Assembly (NCBI RefSeq): GCF_035594765.1
Contig: NC_085843.1
Span: forward strand, 193,665,971 to 193,729,970
Length of the DNA: 64,000 bases
Reading direction: 5' to 3'
Source: Anolis carolinensis
Taxonomy: Eukaryota
Under the pieces are notes generated by a model. The model was not told where the DNA came from. It worked only from the letters and a program-made list of their open reading frames with translations, and ran no database searches. Numbering within the stretch: the stretch's first letter is position 1; each line of letters opens with the position of its first letter. The position numbers were made by a program, and so were the translations under genes. Of this stretch, positions 48,835-62,355 are shown one piece after another.

Positions 48835-50244
48835 AATAATGTCTTCTGGCCTTACCCCTCAAATCTACTCAACATCTAGCAGCCGCATAGAGATATGGGG
48901 ATTCATCCACCTTCTAATGTGGGCTCAAGAGGATGAAGTTTCCAGCTCCAGGATACCAGCAAGTGAGGCACCAAGGAAGAATTGCAACAGGGGTCCTGTT
49001 CTGATGGTTGCAGCTTCCTTTGCTGATAGAAGACAGTTGAAAATGTCGTCTCTTTGATCAACAACTATAAAACAGTATCAGTTTCCAGCCATTTCATCTC
49101 TTCACCAATTGAGATAGTAAGTCATGGATTGTCACCAACACCTTGATAAGGTCCTTTGGATTGATTCGCCAGCCTCTGTGGCAAATCAGTAGGGCAAAAA
49201 CCTGGAGCCCCACACCCTGCCTCACCAGCAGCAATGCATCTCCATCACACACGGGGAAGCATCGCTATGTGGCATCCCTCTGCACTGGCCCCATGATTTC
49301 TTATGGAAAATGGGAGACCTCCCGTGTTCTGGGCCAAGTTTCCGAGAACACTTGAGCCTCAGTTTATGGATAGAGCTGAAGCAGAAGTCAACCTGCAATG
49401 TGTGAGGCTCCATCAATAAGCTGTGCTGCCAATATCCTAGGATACTTGCAACCCATCTTGTGATGAGGTCGTAAGTCATGGATTGTCAAATGCTCGATTG
49501 GACAAATACAGAAAACATTATTGCTGCTGTTCTCGAAGACCTAAATTTGGTTGTCTGTTTATCTATTGTACTTGCCTGACCCAATTAAGGCAAGGAGTGT
49601 ATTTGAGTACACATCTAGTAGCAGTTAGTGGCTCCTATGATATCGGGAGGGTGAACTTACTCAAAATTAGTTATGCAAGGTGCCAGTGTGATTTGGGGTC
49701 AGAGCTCAACACCTTAGATAGCTCTTTTGACATTCAGACTAAAATACAGAACAGAATCATTGCCCTACCAACAAGGAAAACACCAAAGAGCCATATGGAA
49801 CATTTTTGTATCTAGGAGCCAGGATTTCACAGCCACTCCCACACTGCTATCTGAAAAATACTACCATTTGGTGGAGTCATTCTTCTCACTACCAGATGGT
49901 TTTATAGAGTATAGGAGGGTAGGTGAGCAGTTTTTACAAGTTTACTATGTAAACATCATGGCCATATAATAGGTATCAGAATTAGGCTTTTGTGCTCTGG
50001 CTGCTTCCTTGAGATCATTAACCTAGTGAACATTCTTCCTGAACTGCTAAGCTACTGTCCTATCCACATTTTCAAGAGGGTTTGATCCACTAAAGTTTGC
50101 TAGTATTTAGAGTACATGCCTTCACAGTTTGCATATTTTTCTTGAAATCTGAATTAAAATCTGGAATGGATTCACTGTTCCACCTACTTGGAAATTACCA
50201 GCTTCAACTATTCACTTCAGACTACCAGTGGGGATTGACTGGAC

Positions 50245-52600
50245 TTGGAGAAAGCATAATTGCTGAGGAGCAAGCTGGATTCAGAGAAGGTCAATCCACC
50301 ATAGACCAATGTCTGGCACTACAACATATTGTTGAAAAATACTCCTCCAAAATACATCTTCACTCTATGTCACCTTCATAGACATTAAAGCAGCTTTTGA
50401 CTCTATCTCCTGAGTTAAACTATGGGAAAAACTGGAGAGCTCTACAATCAACTGACTACTTCTTCACCTAATCTGCCTACTCCACGAAGGGACCTCACTG
50501 AAAATAAGATGTAACCCTGAGGGTCACCTCAACGAAGTAGTTGGAACAGAAAAAAAGTGTCAAGCAAGGCTGCATCCTGGCCCCTCTACAATTTAACTGC
50601 TACATCAACTCCATGGTAGACCTTCTTCACAACATGGATTCCCCCCCCCCCCCAAACTGACAGGAAAACGTATTTCCACCTTACTTTATGCAGATGATGT
50701 AGCTGTACTCTCAAGAACACCCATTGGCCTTAAAAGAGCACTGAGACCATGAACACAATACTGCAAGGCAGATCAGCTCCAACTTAATTATAAGAATACC
50801 AAAATCATTGCATTTGCCAAAAGACCCAAGTGTCACGACTGAAGCACAGATGGATAAAAATTGATCAGGTCTCATGTTTCAAATATCTGGGAGTAGTCCT
50901 TCAATCCAACAGTAGCAGAAGAGCCCATGGATACATGTGGCTGAGTCTGAAAAAAGGAGCTCATTTGCCATTCTAAAATACCTCAATCAAGAGGGGGCAA
51001 CTTCATACCTGCAGCATTCAAATTATTTGAAGCCAAACCAGTTGCACAACTCCTGTATGGAGCCCAGCTAGTTTCCCCAATTACTATAATTGGGGAAACT
51101 TCAGGGGTTCCTATCTCCCTCATGTTTAAAGCTATTGGAGTGAAACTTACTAAAAAGGTAGGATACATTTACCACTCTTAGCCTACCAAATTTCAGAATG
51201 TTTCACTTATCCACATAATTTTTGGGGAATTTTTATTTTTTTATAAATAACATTTTAAAAAATACAAAACTATCTCCTTGAATTTTCTATACAATGACAG
51301 GAGATAACAGGGGATCATTCCCCCACAACTTTCAGAAATATTCACACATATATTCAAATTATTTGAAGCCAAACCAGTGGCACAACTCCTATATGGAGCC
51401 CAGCTAGGCCCCTTCTCCAATTTTGCCCCCATAGAGCTTGCACAAGCAATATTTTGAGATCAGTCCTGCAAGTACCAAAATGTGTCTCAAATGTTATTCT
51501 GCAACTGGAGACAGCCTTCATGAAAATGGAGGCCAGAGTGTGGATTGTCTTACTTAACTACTGGCTCAGAATATCCCATGATTCTCCTGGTCTTGCCCCA
51601 CTGACCATGAAGAATGACTTCCAATCCACATGGAAACAAGCGGTAGCAACGAAAATCTCATCACTGGGCTTCTGACCAGGGTTGCTACTCAGGACGGAGC
51701 ACGATCAAGCCAAAGCACTAATCAAACAAAGTATCTCAGACACAGAGCACTAATTGGATCAAGCCTATTGGAAGGACCCTCAGGGCTCTTCCACACAGCC
51801 ATATAACCCAGAATATCAAAGCAGAATAACCCACAATATCTGCTTTGAACTGGGTTATCTGAGTCCACACTGCCCTATATCCCAGTTCAATGTTTGGTGC
51901 TAAATTTGCAAATAAAGTAATTCCTACATAACATTACCAGGTATTGAACTGCTTTTTCTGTTGATTTGTTGTAAAACATGATGTTTTGGTGCTTAATTTG
52001 TAAAATCATAATGTAATTTGATGTTTAATAGGCTTTTCCTTAATCCCTCTTTATTATCCAATATTTTCACTTATCCAACGCTTTTATTTTTCAGTGATTG
52101 GTTTGGGGGGGGGGCACGCCAATATTCTGTTTGCTTACACTTGAAAATTACCTAGGGCTGGCCCTGATTTCACCTCCCCTATGGCATACTTAACAAATTT
52201 AGAGGTTCCCAATCATTGGAGGACCTTCACCCTGGCTCAATGTCATGCCCTTCCATCAGCTGTACACGAGGGCCCCTACCCAGAGAGACTCTGCCCCTGT
52301 GACTTGGGTCAAATAGAAACAACTGATCATTTGCTCCTCTAGTGCTTGTTCTACAGGGACATTCAATCCAGACTCATCCTGCCTTTGCTATATAATTACC
52401 CAGGCCATTCAGGACAATTCTACACCACCTTGCTGCTCTCAGATACCAACCCAGTTATAACCTATAATGCTGCCACATTTTGTGCCGAAGCACTCAAAAT
52501 CTGCCGGGTGATTACTGGTTCCAAAAGTTAACAATCTAACTATCAGCTAACTGAAATGTAAATCACTTTTACCCACCTTAGTCCCCTAGACTTGATGGAT
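50245..52600 (+). mobile_element. Degenerate non-LTR retrotransposon (RTE-X-like) with nested insertions
   Basis: EEQAGFREGQSTIDQ, IDIKAAFDSI, KQGCILAP, LLYADD and FKYLG motifs with stops; CCHC C-terminus. Confidence 0.8.
51781..52166. mobile_element. Composite DNA element (CAGGGC...GCCCTG ends) carrying Harbinger- and mariner-MITE pieces
   Basis: Segments match 28561-28660 and the mariner MITE interior. Confidence 0.55.
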
Positions 52601-52671
52601 CAATGATCCACTTGCTGGTTACAACAGAGAAGCAGGGGCTTGCCAATACATTTCCTTTTAATAATAACTAC

Positions 52672-54219
52672 TAGGGATGTGCAATACATAAAATATGGCT
52701 CAAAAGTCATTACAAAACTGGAGCACTTTGTTTTTAAAGTGTTTCGAAAGTATACTTACTGGAAAGTTCATTACTATAATGAGAGTAAAGAAACTTTGTT
52801 ACTACAGTAGAGTCACTTATCCAAGACTCGTTTATCCAAGGTTCTGGATTATCCAAAGCATTTTTGTAGTCAGTGTTTTCAATATATCATGATATTTTGG
52901 TGCTAAATTCGTAAATACAGTAATTACAACATAACATTACTGCGTATTGAACTACTTTTTCTGTCAAATTTGTTGTATAACATGATGTTTTGGCGCTTAA
53001 TTTGTAAAATCATAATCTAATTTGATGTTTAATAGGCTTTTCCTTAATCCCTCATTATCCAAGATATTCACTTATCCAAGCTTCTGCCGGCCCTTTTAGC
53101 TTGGATAAGTGAGACTCTACTGTATTTCATTATTGTAATTGCACATGCACATAATTACTATAATTGGGGAAACTTCAGAGGATCCTATCTCCCTCATGTT
53201 TAAAGCTATCGGGGTGAAACTTACTACAAAGGTAGGGTACATTTACCACTCTTAACCTACTAAATTTCAGAATGTTTCACTTATCCATGTAATTTTGGGG
53301 GAATATTCAAAGTTTTTATAAACAACATTTAAAGAAAACTACAAGAGCTATCTCTTTGAATTTTCTATACAATGACAGGAGATAACAGGGGATCATTCCC
53401 CCCAACTTTCAGAAATATTTATACATATACTGATTTTAGGGATTTTAAAAAAGTTTTGACAAAAACATTTTTAAAAGCCACAACAGCTATCTCATTGAAT
53501 CCTAGAGTTGGCTCCCAAGAGCCATTCTAATACAACCCCCTTCTTCCAGGCAGAAGGGCACCATCAAAACTCTACTGACAGATGGCCATCCAGCCTCTAA
53601 ACTAATTAATATGCTTCCCCTATAGTATGGGGGCCATACATTTAGGGGTTTCTTCCCAACCCAGCACAGAGATTTACTTACTCAAAGAATTCGTCAGTCC
53701 TCCTCTTTGCAGATTTAACTATTCATTGTAACTTTCGCAGGCTGTTATTAGGGAGGTATAAATCTCTCTCTCCACTACCCTTTTTGGTGCTTTTGATCCT
53801 GATGCATTCTTGGAAATGTAGTTTAGGGCATAGCCCTTTGAATTCTCTGGCATAGGACTCCTCCTTTCCCAAATTACATTTCCCAGAGTTTTATGCTGCT
53901 CCCAGAAAACATTGCTCCCTCTGTTCCCTTCTCCTAATGGCGAGAGAGAGGCCATTAATTTGCAGAGGAAAGGTAAGGCAGGCACTAAGGCAGCCTTTTT
54001 TGGCTTTGCTTTTTGAGCTTTGATTCCTTGCACTGAATATGAAACTGACTTTAGGAGCCTTCTGAGATTTACAAAACTAAAACGAAAAAGTATGGGGTAA
54101 GTTTCAATTTCTTAATTTTTTGCGCAGACCGCTCATGCACATTGGATATCGCATCATAAGTACGAATCATACGAAACTGATCCAACTTATGACACTTTCC
54201 AATTCTTTCCACATGCCTA
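52672..54219. mobile_element. hAT non-autonomous element (TAGGG termini) containing a mariner MITE
   Basis: TAGGGATGTG...CACATGCCTA; TSD ataactac/ataactag. Confidence 0.75.
52805..53122. mobile_element. Tc1/mariner MITE
   Basis: Same TIR family; TA TSD. Confidence 0.88.
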
Positions 54220-55630
54220 ATAACTAGAATTGAAAGCAGGAACAGGGAGTACATGCATTCGTTGTTGTTATTGTTGTGCGCCTTCAAGTTGTTTCTGACA
54301 TTTATCAGGGTTTTTGGGGGGCTGAGAATATGTTTCCATGGCTGAGCAAGGGATTAAATTCTGGTCTTCAGATTTACAATCTAACAATCAAACAGCAATT
54401 CTAAGTGATGGCTTCTTCTATGAGGAAAAGATTTTTTAGTAGACTTCATTCTGAGAGAGATAAAAGGACAGGTTGTGCAATAACCTGCTTTTCAGCTTTG
54501 TTATTTCTTTACAAATTCCATCTGCATTCCCAATTTATTTCTTTTTCATTGCAATATTTTTGTCACTTTCTTTCATATGGAAATGTTTATAAGTTTCTGT
54601 TAACAGAAATGTACACATTGTACATATTTTGGCAATGGTATATATAAAACCTGTTGATGTTTCATGCATGCAAAACGTACGACAAGCCTTGAAGTGTGCA
54701 GATTTCTGAGGCTCATTACAATTCTTGGGAGATGACAAATTACTGGGGGTGGTTGTCATTTCAGTGACATAAAATAATCTATTTGTATCTTCACCTGCTT
54801 TCCACCTGGAGGGTTTTTCAATATGCACGAACCCATATATGTGAGAATGTTGTCCAGAACACACCTAAATCTCAACACAGTGAGATTTACCTCTGAGCCA
54901 AATCAAGATAGGACTTCATGATAGGAGTTGGAGTAGAGGCTGAGTAAACAGAGTAAATGGTTTGGGCCCAGCCTATCTAGAAAACTGCATCTCCTTGTAC
55001 AAACCTGTCCAGGCTCTTCGATTTGTCGAAGAGGCCCTACTCTTGGTCCCACTCCCATCTCAAGCATGGCTGATGGGAACAACTTTGGAATGTCCTCCCC
55101 AAGGACATCGAAATGCCCCCCCCTTACTCGCTTTAAAAAAGCAATTAAAACATTCCTATGCTCTCAATCATATAATGAGGATGAGGAATAGAGCTTGTAA
55201 TGTTGACAAATGGAACAGAAAAGAAACAGATTTAATGCTTCAAGATTGTCCGCAGCAGTTAAACTACTCTATTTCCCTTTCTCCCTCATTGAAGTCTTTA
55301 ATCTTGAAAATGCTTTCACTTTGCAAAGAAAGAGATAGAAAAATCTTCGGCACACTACCTGAGTTGAACACATGAAGTATTCCCATAAGGATCAAGAAGA
55401 GCAGTGTAGGGGCCATGTTAGCAGTCATTCTCTCAGGTAGTCTTTTTTTGGGGTTTGGATGGAATGTATGTTTCAGGTTTTATAGAGTTTTGCTTTGGAG
55501 AGGTGTGGCTTTCTCTTTGCTTTGCCACCTGTTATTTACAAAATATCATCATCTCTGAACTGGAAATTGGGCTTGATCTGTGTTAGTACAGGGAAAACAG
55601 CTACTGTCTTGTTTTTAGGTCATTAGATTA

Positions 55631-55955
55631 AGGTAAAGGTAAAGGTTTCCCCTGACGTTAAGTCCAGTCGTGACCGACTCTGGGGGTTGGTGCTCATCTC
55701 CATTTCTAAGCCGAAGAGCCGGCATTGTCCATAGACATCTCCAGGTAATGTGGCCGGCATGACTGCATGGAGCGCCGTTACCTTCCCGTCGGAGCAGTAC
55801 CTATGGATCTACTCACATTTGCATGTTTTCGAACTGCTAGGTTGGCAGGATCTAGGGCTAACAGCGGGCGCTCATTCCGCTCCCGGGATTTGAACCTGGG
55901 ACCTTTTGGTCTGCAAGTTCAGCAGCTCAGCGCTTTAAAACACTGTGCCACCAGG
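55631..55955 (-). mobile_element. Sauria-type SINE, near full length
   Basis: tRNA-like head with B-box ggttcaaatccc on the minus strand; (ACCTTT)n tail; TSD ttagatta. Confidence 0.9.
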
Positions 55956-58210
55956 TTAGATTAGGAAAGATTAATCTTGCAAATAGGTCAGTGAGTCCAA
56001 AAAAATGTATAGATAGATTTGTTTATTGATTAGTCCACTGACCATATAAACAGTAAAAGACAAAAGGCAAGGATACATTAATAAATAAAAATCAATATCC
56101 CAATGCTCCTGTAATATTTAACTAAAATAAGTTAAAAGACAAGAAAACCTGATGAAATAATAGGTTTAGCAAAATGGGAGAAGATTACAAGATGAATGCA
56201 GGGGGTGTAGAGTGACAAGTATAAAAGAGCTGTGTATTGTAGCCACTCCTCCGTTCATTGCACCTAAAAAAAGTTGTTGTGGAAATTGAAAGGGTGTGGA
56301 TAAGAGCAATGAAAACAAGCAAGAGTTTGAGAAAGTAGCCTGCAGTGAAAGAGAAATTTCCTTTACCCCTAAGATACTTTGTATCCATGCTATTTTGGCA
56401 TCTGAAACAGAACATTCCAGAAATAATACGTTACGTAATTATTCCTGTGATGCTATTTCAAAGCATGTAAACCTGGCAACTTCAGGTTCCACTTCTTAAT
56501 CGAAGAGCAGCCGTAGGCATTGGCAGAGTGAAGAAGATGCCTCAGGTGGCAGATTTGGGTTGCTATGAAAGAATAGCAATATATCCTCTCTTTTGGGGGG
56601 TTGTTTATTGTATTTTGACTGCTAGGTGTGGAGAGAGACTCTTCAGGGATTTTCCTGTTCCATGTGCCAGGATTAACTTGGTATATTTTGAATATTTTAT
56701 AAATCCCACAAATACGGAAGAGATTATTAGCAATAGTCAGGATTCGTGGAATACAAATATTTCAATAAGTAAATACTGTGTACATTACCTGGAGACACCC
56801 TCTGTTGTTCTGCCTCAAGTAGCAAAATATCTTGGGAATAATCTTCTAAAAAGGATGTGTTATTTTAAGCATGGGCACAAACACTGCTGAAGAACAAATC
56901 AGCTGAAAGAGGAGATCTAGTGGAAACATCCCCTCCCTTGCAGAGCCTTTTTTGCGTAAATCCATGTCTGAGTTTTCGGGAAATGGAGGTACTGACCTTA
57001 TCCCTTTGTGGCTGTCAATCAAAATCTAGTTCCTTTCCTTTGCGATGGTCACATCTTGCTTCCAAAGCACTGCACTGTGCTTTGCCTACATTTGTTTCAT
57101 AAACATTTTTGCTGATTTCCAGATCCTGAATTTATACAGAAAATGTCCTTTCATTGCAGCATGACTTTATTTAAAAATGCAGGCTGGGGTCAACCATGCT
57201 TCATTGTATGAGGAAGTAACTTCGGCCAGGGTGTTTTCCCATTTTTATCTTCTTCCTCTTAGTTGCCTTGCATGTTGTGAAACTGTCTATAAGTAAATAT
57301 AAGTCACACAGATTTCTTCATACTGTTGCTGGTAAGGAAAGTTCATTATCACAAGAAGAAACTTTGCTTGGCTAAATGTGCAGGGGAGATTATAAGGACA
57401 TATCTTCTTTTCTTTGTAATATCTTGGAATAAAAAAGCCCTTTATCTGGACTGGTTTGGTCTTACCTTTCAATTTTGTACCTTGACAGACCTACATATAT
57501 TGCTTACTTGAATGGTCACTACAGAATGCATTTCTCCCCATTCTAAAGGCATGTCAAGCAAATCCTTCTGGAAATCTATGTCCTCAATGTGAAAGACCAT
57601 GTTGATCCAGAATCGGTCTTCACAGTCATTTACAGATCATCTACTAAGTTTATATTTCTGGAAGACAATCATACTTGATCACAAGCGATTGCCCATGGCA
57701 TGACATTAAGGACCTTCCATAGCATGGCATAAGGACCTTATCCCACCCACCACTTCCCTCAGCCTCTTTTAAAAACATTTATAATCTATTGAGGATATGA
57801 TTTATGACGGAGCTCTTCCCATGATCAAGGACTTCCTGTCAACTTTGTCAGGAGTCGTTAGGGAAACGTCAGAAACAGTCATAAAAAAGGGAGGAGGCAC
57901 GAAGACAGTCAGATATCATTTTCTGGTCCAGGAACTGGGATATAACATGAGAAAATACCCCAAAAACTCATGGCATAGGAGCTGTCAAATTTGCCCAGTT
58001 TCAATAGTTTCAGTGACCGGGAGTAAGGGGCATTCCTGTGGGCAATCCCCTACCAAGTGTTGACATTTCTCTCCCAAAATCCTGCTTCATGAGCCTGGCA
58101 TGGCCATTTTAAATTAATGTAACCATTCAAAATACCAACATTTCAAAATACCTTTGTTTCTTCTGTCTGTACTGCTAGCTTTTTAAATCTAGGATTTCTG
58201 CAATGGAGAG

Positions 58211-59703
58211 TAGAGGTGTGCAATTCAGCCAAAAAGCATGCCGTTTTGGGGTCCATTGTCAGCTGACACCTCATTTTGTTTACCGGGAAGTTACTTGAAT
58301 AGGGATGGGTTTTGCCGTTTTCATTCGGCAGAGATTCGGCCCATTGGCAACAATAGGAAACTTTAAAAGCTCAATCCTCAGCCATTTTAAGGCCTATCTG
58401 CATGAAACCTACCTCAGTTTTAGACCCCATTTACAACTGCAAGCCTGCCAAGTTTCAAGACAAATAAACTAATCTATTGATTTTTTAGAATTTAACCATA
58501 ACATTTTTAAAAATAAGACAAACTGCATGTCGTACCTCAGGTTAGCTTCACCTTGCTAAATACACCAGGCTGTACACAGGTTGAAGTCTTTTGTAGTTTA
58601 TTAGGAAATAAGAAATAAATAGTTTTTAAAAACAAAAGTAAAGTTCCAAAAGATTGTTGCAAAACAAGGTTTAAAAGAATAATCCAAGAAAACATAAAGC
58701 ATAAAACAAGGTTCCATTAATGCATGACAAAGTCCCATGAACATGAGCACACAAGGCTGTAAGATAATCCAGGAAAGCGAGGGCTTGCTTCTTGACTTGA
58801 GCGAGAAGTTGCTTTGGCAAAGGTTTCTCTCTCAGCACACTCTTTTAATACCCTTTGCATAGCATGAAAGCATTTCTTTGGCCTCTGACCTCCCTCTTGT
58901 TTGTTGTTTTAACACTCCTGCGAATCCTGAATTCCAAACGGCCAACTCGATCTAAATATTCCGTTTCGTCAAGGCCAGCCAGCTCATTAACGTTAGTGTC
59001 TGTCTGCATGCTATCAGACTGAGAGCTGTCCTCCCTTCCTGAGTCAATTTGCACCTGGCTAGCTTCAGTATCACCAACACCATTCCCTGCCGTGGGAAAG
59101 CCTCCCTGTTCCTCATCTTCCACAGCAGGAACACTCTGAACCTGAACCCCATAATTCCCATCAGAGTCATCTTGAACCTGAATCCCATCATCTTGAACCT
59201 GAATCCCATAATCCCCATCAGAGTCACTCTGAGGCTCCAGCTGAGTCACAACACCGCAAAAGAAGGTTCTGGGAATTGTAGTCGCCGGTTGTGTCCATTC
59301 TCAGCCAATCAAAGTACACCACCAGGCTTTATACTGGCTGAGAAACAAAGAGAGAGAGAAATTTCAAATCCCATCATACTCTGAGAGGAACTTTTCAGTG
59401 CCCACCCTATGCAAGTGTTGCTGGGAAACCGAGTTCCCAGGCCCCTTTCTGAAGAGAAGGGAACTTTCCAAGAAGAAATGGATGGAGACTGCTTCTGCCG
59501 GGGAGAGAGAAAAGTTATCCCTTCCTCAGGTATATTGTAGATTTAACTCATGCCTCTCCAAAATTGATAAAATCTGGCTCCCTTAATCAGTTTTGCTGGG
59601 GTTTGTGGCTCCCTCCTCTCTGTTCTGTTTTCAGATATTATATAAAACGGACCACTGAATATTACAAATCATTTTCATTCAAACTGTTTCTGGCCCAAAC
59701 CTA
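58211..59703. mobile_element. hAT-like element (TAG...CTA termini) with nested solo LTR
   Basis: TSD atggagag/attgagag; interior related to the 52672 family. Confidence 0.6.
58528..59253 (-). mobile_element. Solo LTR (Gypsy-like) with internal ORF 58845-59249
   Basis: TGTTG...CGACA on the minus strand; AATAAA near the 3' end; 5-bp TSD ctgca/ccgca. Confidence 0.8.
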
Positions 59704-60429
59704 ATTGAGAGTCCTGAGATCAGAGAAAAGCCAGTATCCTCAGAGTTCTCTCTCTTTAATTGTTCCTTCACACTAATTTTTCCTATATCTTTCCCCATGT
59801 AAATGCATTTCAGGAATGCATAACTGGTCATGTCTTGCTGAGTTTTTGAAGCTTCACAAATAAGTTCCCCATATTGCAGTGCTTCTGTATGAGGAATTGA
59901 GGGGTGTAATTGAAAAATAGAAAGAAAGAGGGAGCAATGAGCTTTGGTAAACTCTTCTGCCTAAAGAGAAGCATTGCTATGCAAGAGAAACCCAAGCAAA
60001 GCCTGCTCTCCCACCTCCCAAGTGACACAATTGTAATGGGTGAATTCCATCGGGTTGCTGCAAACACGGCACAAGGAACACTTCAAAGGAGCCTCCTGCT
60101 GGATTATTCTGGAAGAAAAGGTAAGAAGGAACCACATGTGATAAGAAATGACAAACAGAACTATGTGTTTTGTAATGCTAGGACTAAACACTACAATACT
60201 ATGATTCCCCCCCACCTCATGTGATAAGGTCCTAAGTAAGAAGCACAGTCTGATGAAAGTCTGTTTGACCGGTTCAGTTGGCAAAATGAATTTGCGCCAT
60301 GAATAAAATAAAAACGAGGAGAAAAGGGCCACAAAACAATAATGAAATAGCTGGTAAGGTCTGTGTGTAGTGTGTGGACTGAAATGTGTTTTCTGCTCCT
60401 CTAGAGACTAGGACATAGAACATTGAATT

Positions 60430-60663
60430 CAGACTGCAGGATAAGAGATCCCACCTAAACATAAGGGAAAAAAATCTTTATGGAATGGGCTGTTTGACAG
60501 TTGAATACATTTCCTTGGACCATGCTGGAGTTTTCTCTGAAGGGTTTGAAGCAGAAACTGGATGGCCATCTGTCAGGAATGCTTTGATTATATACTTCAT
60601 GCATGGCAGGGATGAACTGGATGGCCCTTGTGGTCTCTTCCAAATCTATGATTTTATAATTCT
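60430..60663 (+). mobile_element. Old CR1 3' fragment
   Basis: Aligns with 3760-3997; ends in ctatgattttataattcta. Confidence 0.75.
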
Positions 60664-60829
60664 ACTGGCCCTGGTTTCAGAAAGCCGTTTCAATCATGAA
60701 TTTTGAACTCGTGTCTTGTATTTTAGACTTTGTTCTGAGTATTTTAATATGTATTTATAGAAATACTTTTAATATGTATATTTTACAGAGTGTTTAAGAT
60801 GCTTATGGGTCTTCAGCTATGTTGCAATC

Positions 60830-61689
60830 TGTGATGACTCATGGGCCATGTAGTCCCGTTCCTGGTACTATTGAGGCAGATAAAGAGGAAAACTTGGGTT
60901 TCCCACCGTTTCAGCCAGAATTGGAGCCCTTGCACCTGCAAGATGTTTGCCCACAAGAAGTCAGCCAAACAAGCCTTGAGCAGAAATCTCCCCCATTTTC
61001 TCACCGGGATTATTATAATCAAGATAGAGGCGCTCGGGAGGCGACTCGCCGGAGCGCCAGGATAGCTGCCAGACAATTAGCTGATTAAGTCTGCTTCCCT
61101 TGGGAAACTTTAAGGAGTCATGCATCTGGACACAGTATAGGTTTCGTTTCTTGTTCCCCAGAGAAAGTGTTCCTTGGCGGGAAAACAAGATCCTATATAG
61201 GTGTTTGCCCGCAAAGGAATCCTTGCGGAGTCAATTTGTCAGCTTCGGGAGTAGATTGTGTGTGGACTACGCTACTCCAGTTCCCTCGGACCTTGTTCCA
61301 GTTTCAAGCCTGCCTTGTCCTCGGATCTTGCCACGGACCTCGTTCTTGCTTCTTGCCTCTTGTTGCCACGTATCAAGCCTTGTTTGCCAAGCATCTAGTT
61401 TGCTTCCAGCCTTTGTTGTCAAGCTCCATTGGACTAAAGGACCCTGTCATTTCCCCACGCTTTGCTTGGCAAGGTGTGTGTTTCGGTTATTGGATTATAA
61501 CTTTGGACTTTAATATCTCATATTGGACATTGTTTTCCTGGACTATATTTGACCTTTCCTGAAAGGTCTACTACTGAACTATATTCTTCACTTGTTTTTA
61601 CTGACTTTATATATTCCTTTAATAAAGATATTAGATAGATTCTGGCCTCTGCGCATGGTTATTGGTGCTCTGCAGCCTGGGTCCTGACA
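60830..61689 (+). mobile_element. Solo LTR (Gypsy-like) with internal ORF ending at 61088
   Basis: TGTGA...TGACA; perfect 5-bp TSD caatc; TATATA near 61194; AATAAA at 61621. Confidence 0.88.
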
Positions 61690-61728
61690 CAATCCACCTT
61701 GAGCTATGAGGAGAGGCAGGTAAAAACT

Positions 61729-61732
<4 letters not shown>

Positions 61733-61781
<49 letters not shown>
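61733..61781. repeat. (AAT)n microsatellite
   Basis: Direct reading. Confidence 0.95.
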
Positions 61782-61783
<2 letters not shown>

Positions 61784-61784
61784 T

Positions 61785-62355
61785 GAAATAAGGCTGAACA
61801 CTGTGAAAGCCATCCACTGCATGGCTATCAGCCTCCTCCCAGTAGACTCAAATCAAAGAAAAGCTTCATGAGGACCAACACTCCTCTTGACGTTCCCCCA
61901 GGAACAGCAAAAGCATCCCTCTGTGCAGCTAAGCCAGGAAATCCCAACTGGATGGTTTCCCACGAGGGTCTGCCTCCAGGGGCAAACCAAGAATGGACAA
62001 CTTGGAAGTCCCTGAACAGACTCAGAAGTGGAGTGGGCAGATCAAAAGACAACCTGGCAAAATGGCACTACCTAAAAGAATCCTCCACCTTGTGCGACTG
62101 TGGAGCAGAGCAGACAACTCTGCATCTGTATGATTGTCCACAGTGTCCTGCCTCATGTACAGAGGAAGAACGGCTTGAGGCTACCCACAATGTGGTCACT
62201 GTTGCCCGTTTTTGGTCAAAAGATATTTAGCTGCTTGTGCTCCTTCTATTTTTATTAGTTTTATACTAATTTATGCAATGTTTTTGATATGAAATAAATT
62301 AATAATAATAATAATTAAAATAATGATGATGATAATAATAATAATAATAATAATT
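61785..62355 (+). mobile_element. Non-LTR retrotransposon 3' fragment (Ingi/Vingi-like)
   Basis: ORF 61868-62230 WKSLNRLRSGVGR...CDCG...HLYDCPQCP; (TAA)n tail; family assignment from memory. Confidence 0.65.

Noticed and set aside
54891-54939. Exon-like segment (tttactcag|CCTCTACTCCAACTCCT...CAGAG|gtaaat) encoding STPTP
   Set aside because: 49 nt, not phase-symmetric; cannot join the 47302 exon in frame and has no paralog in the other units
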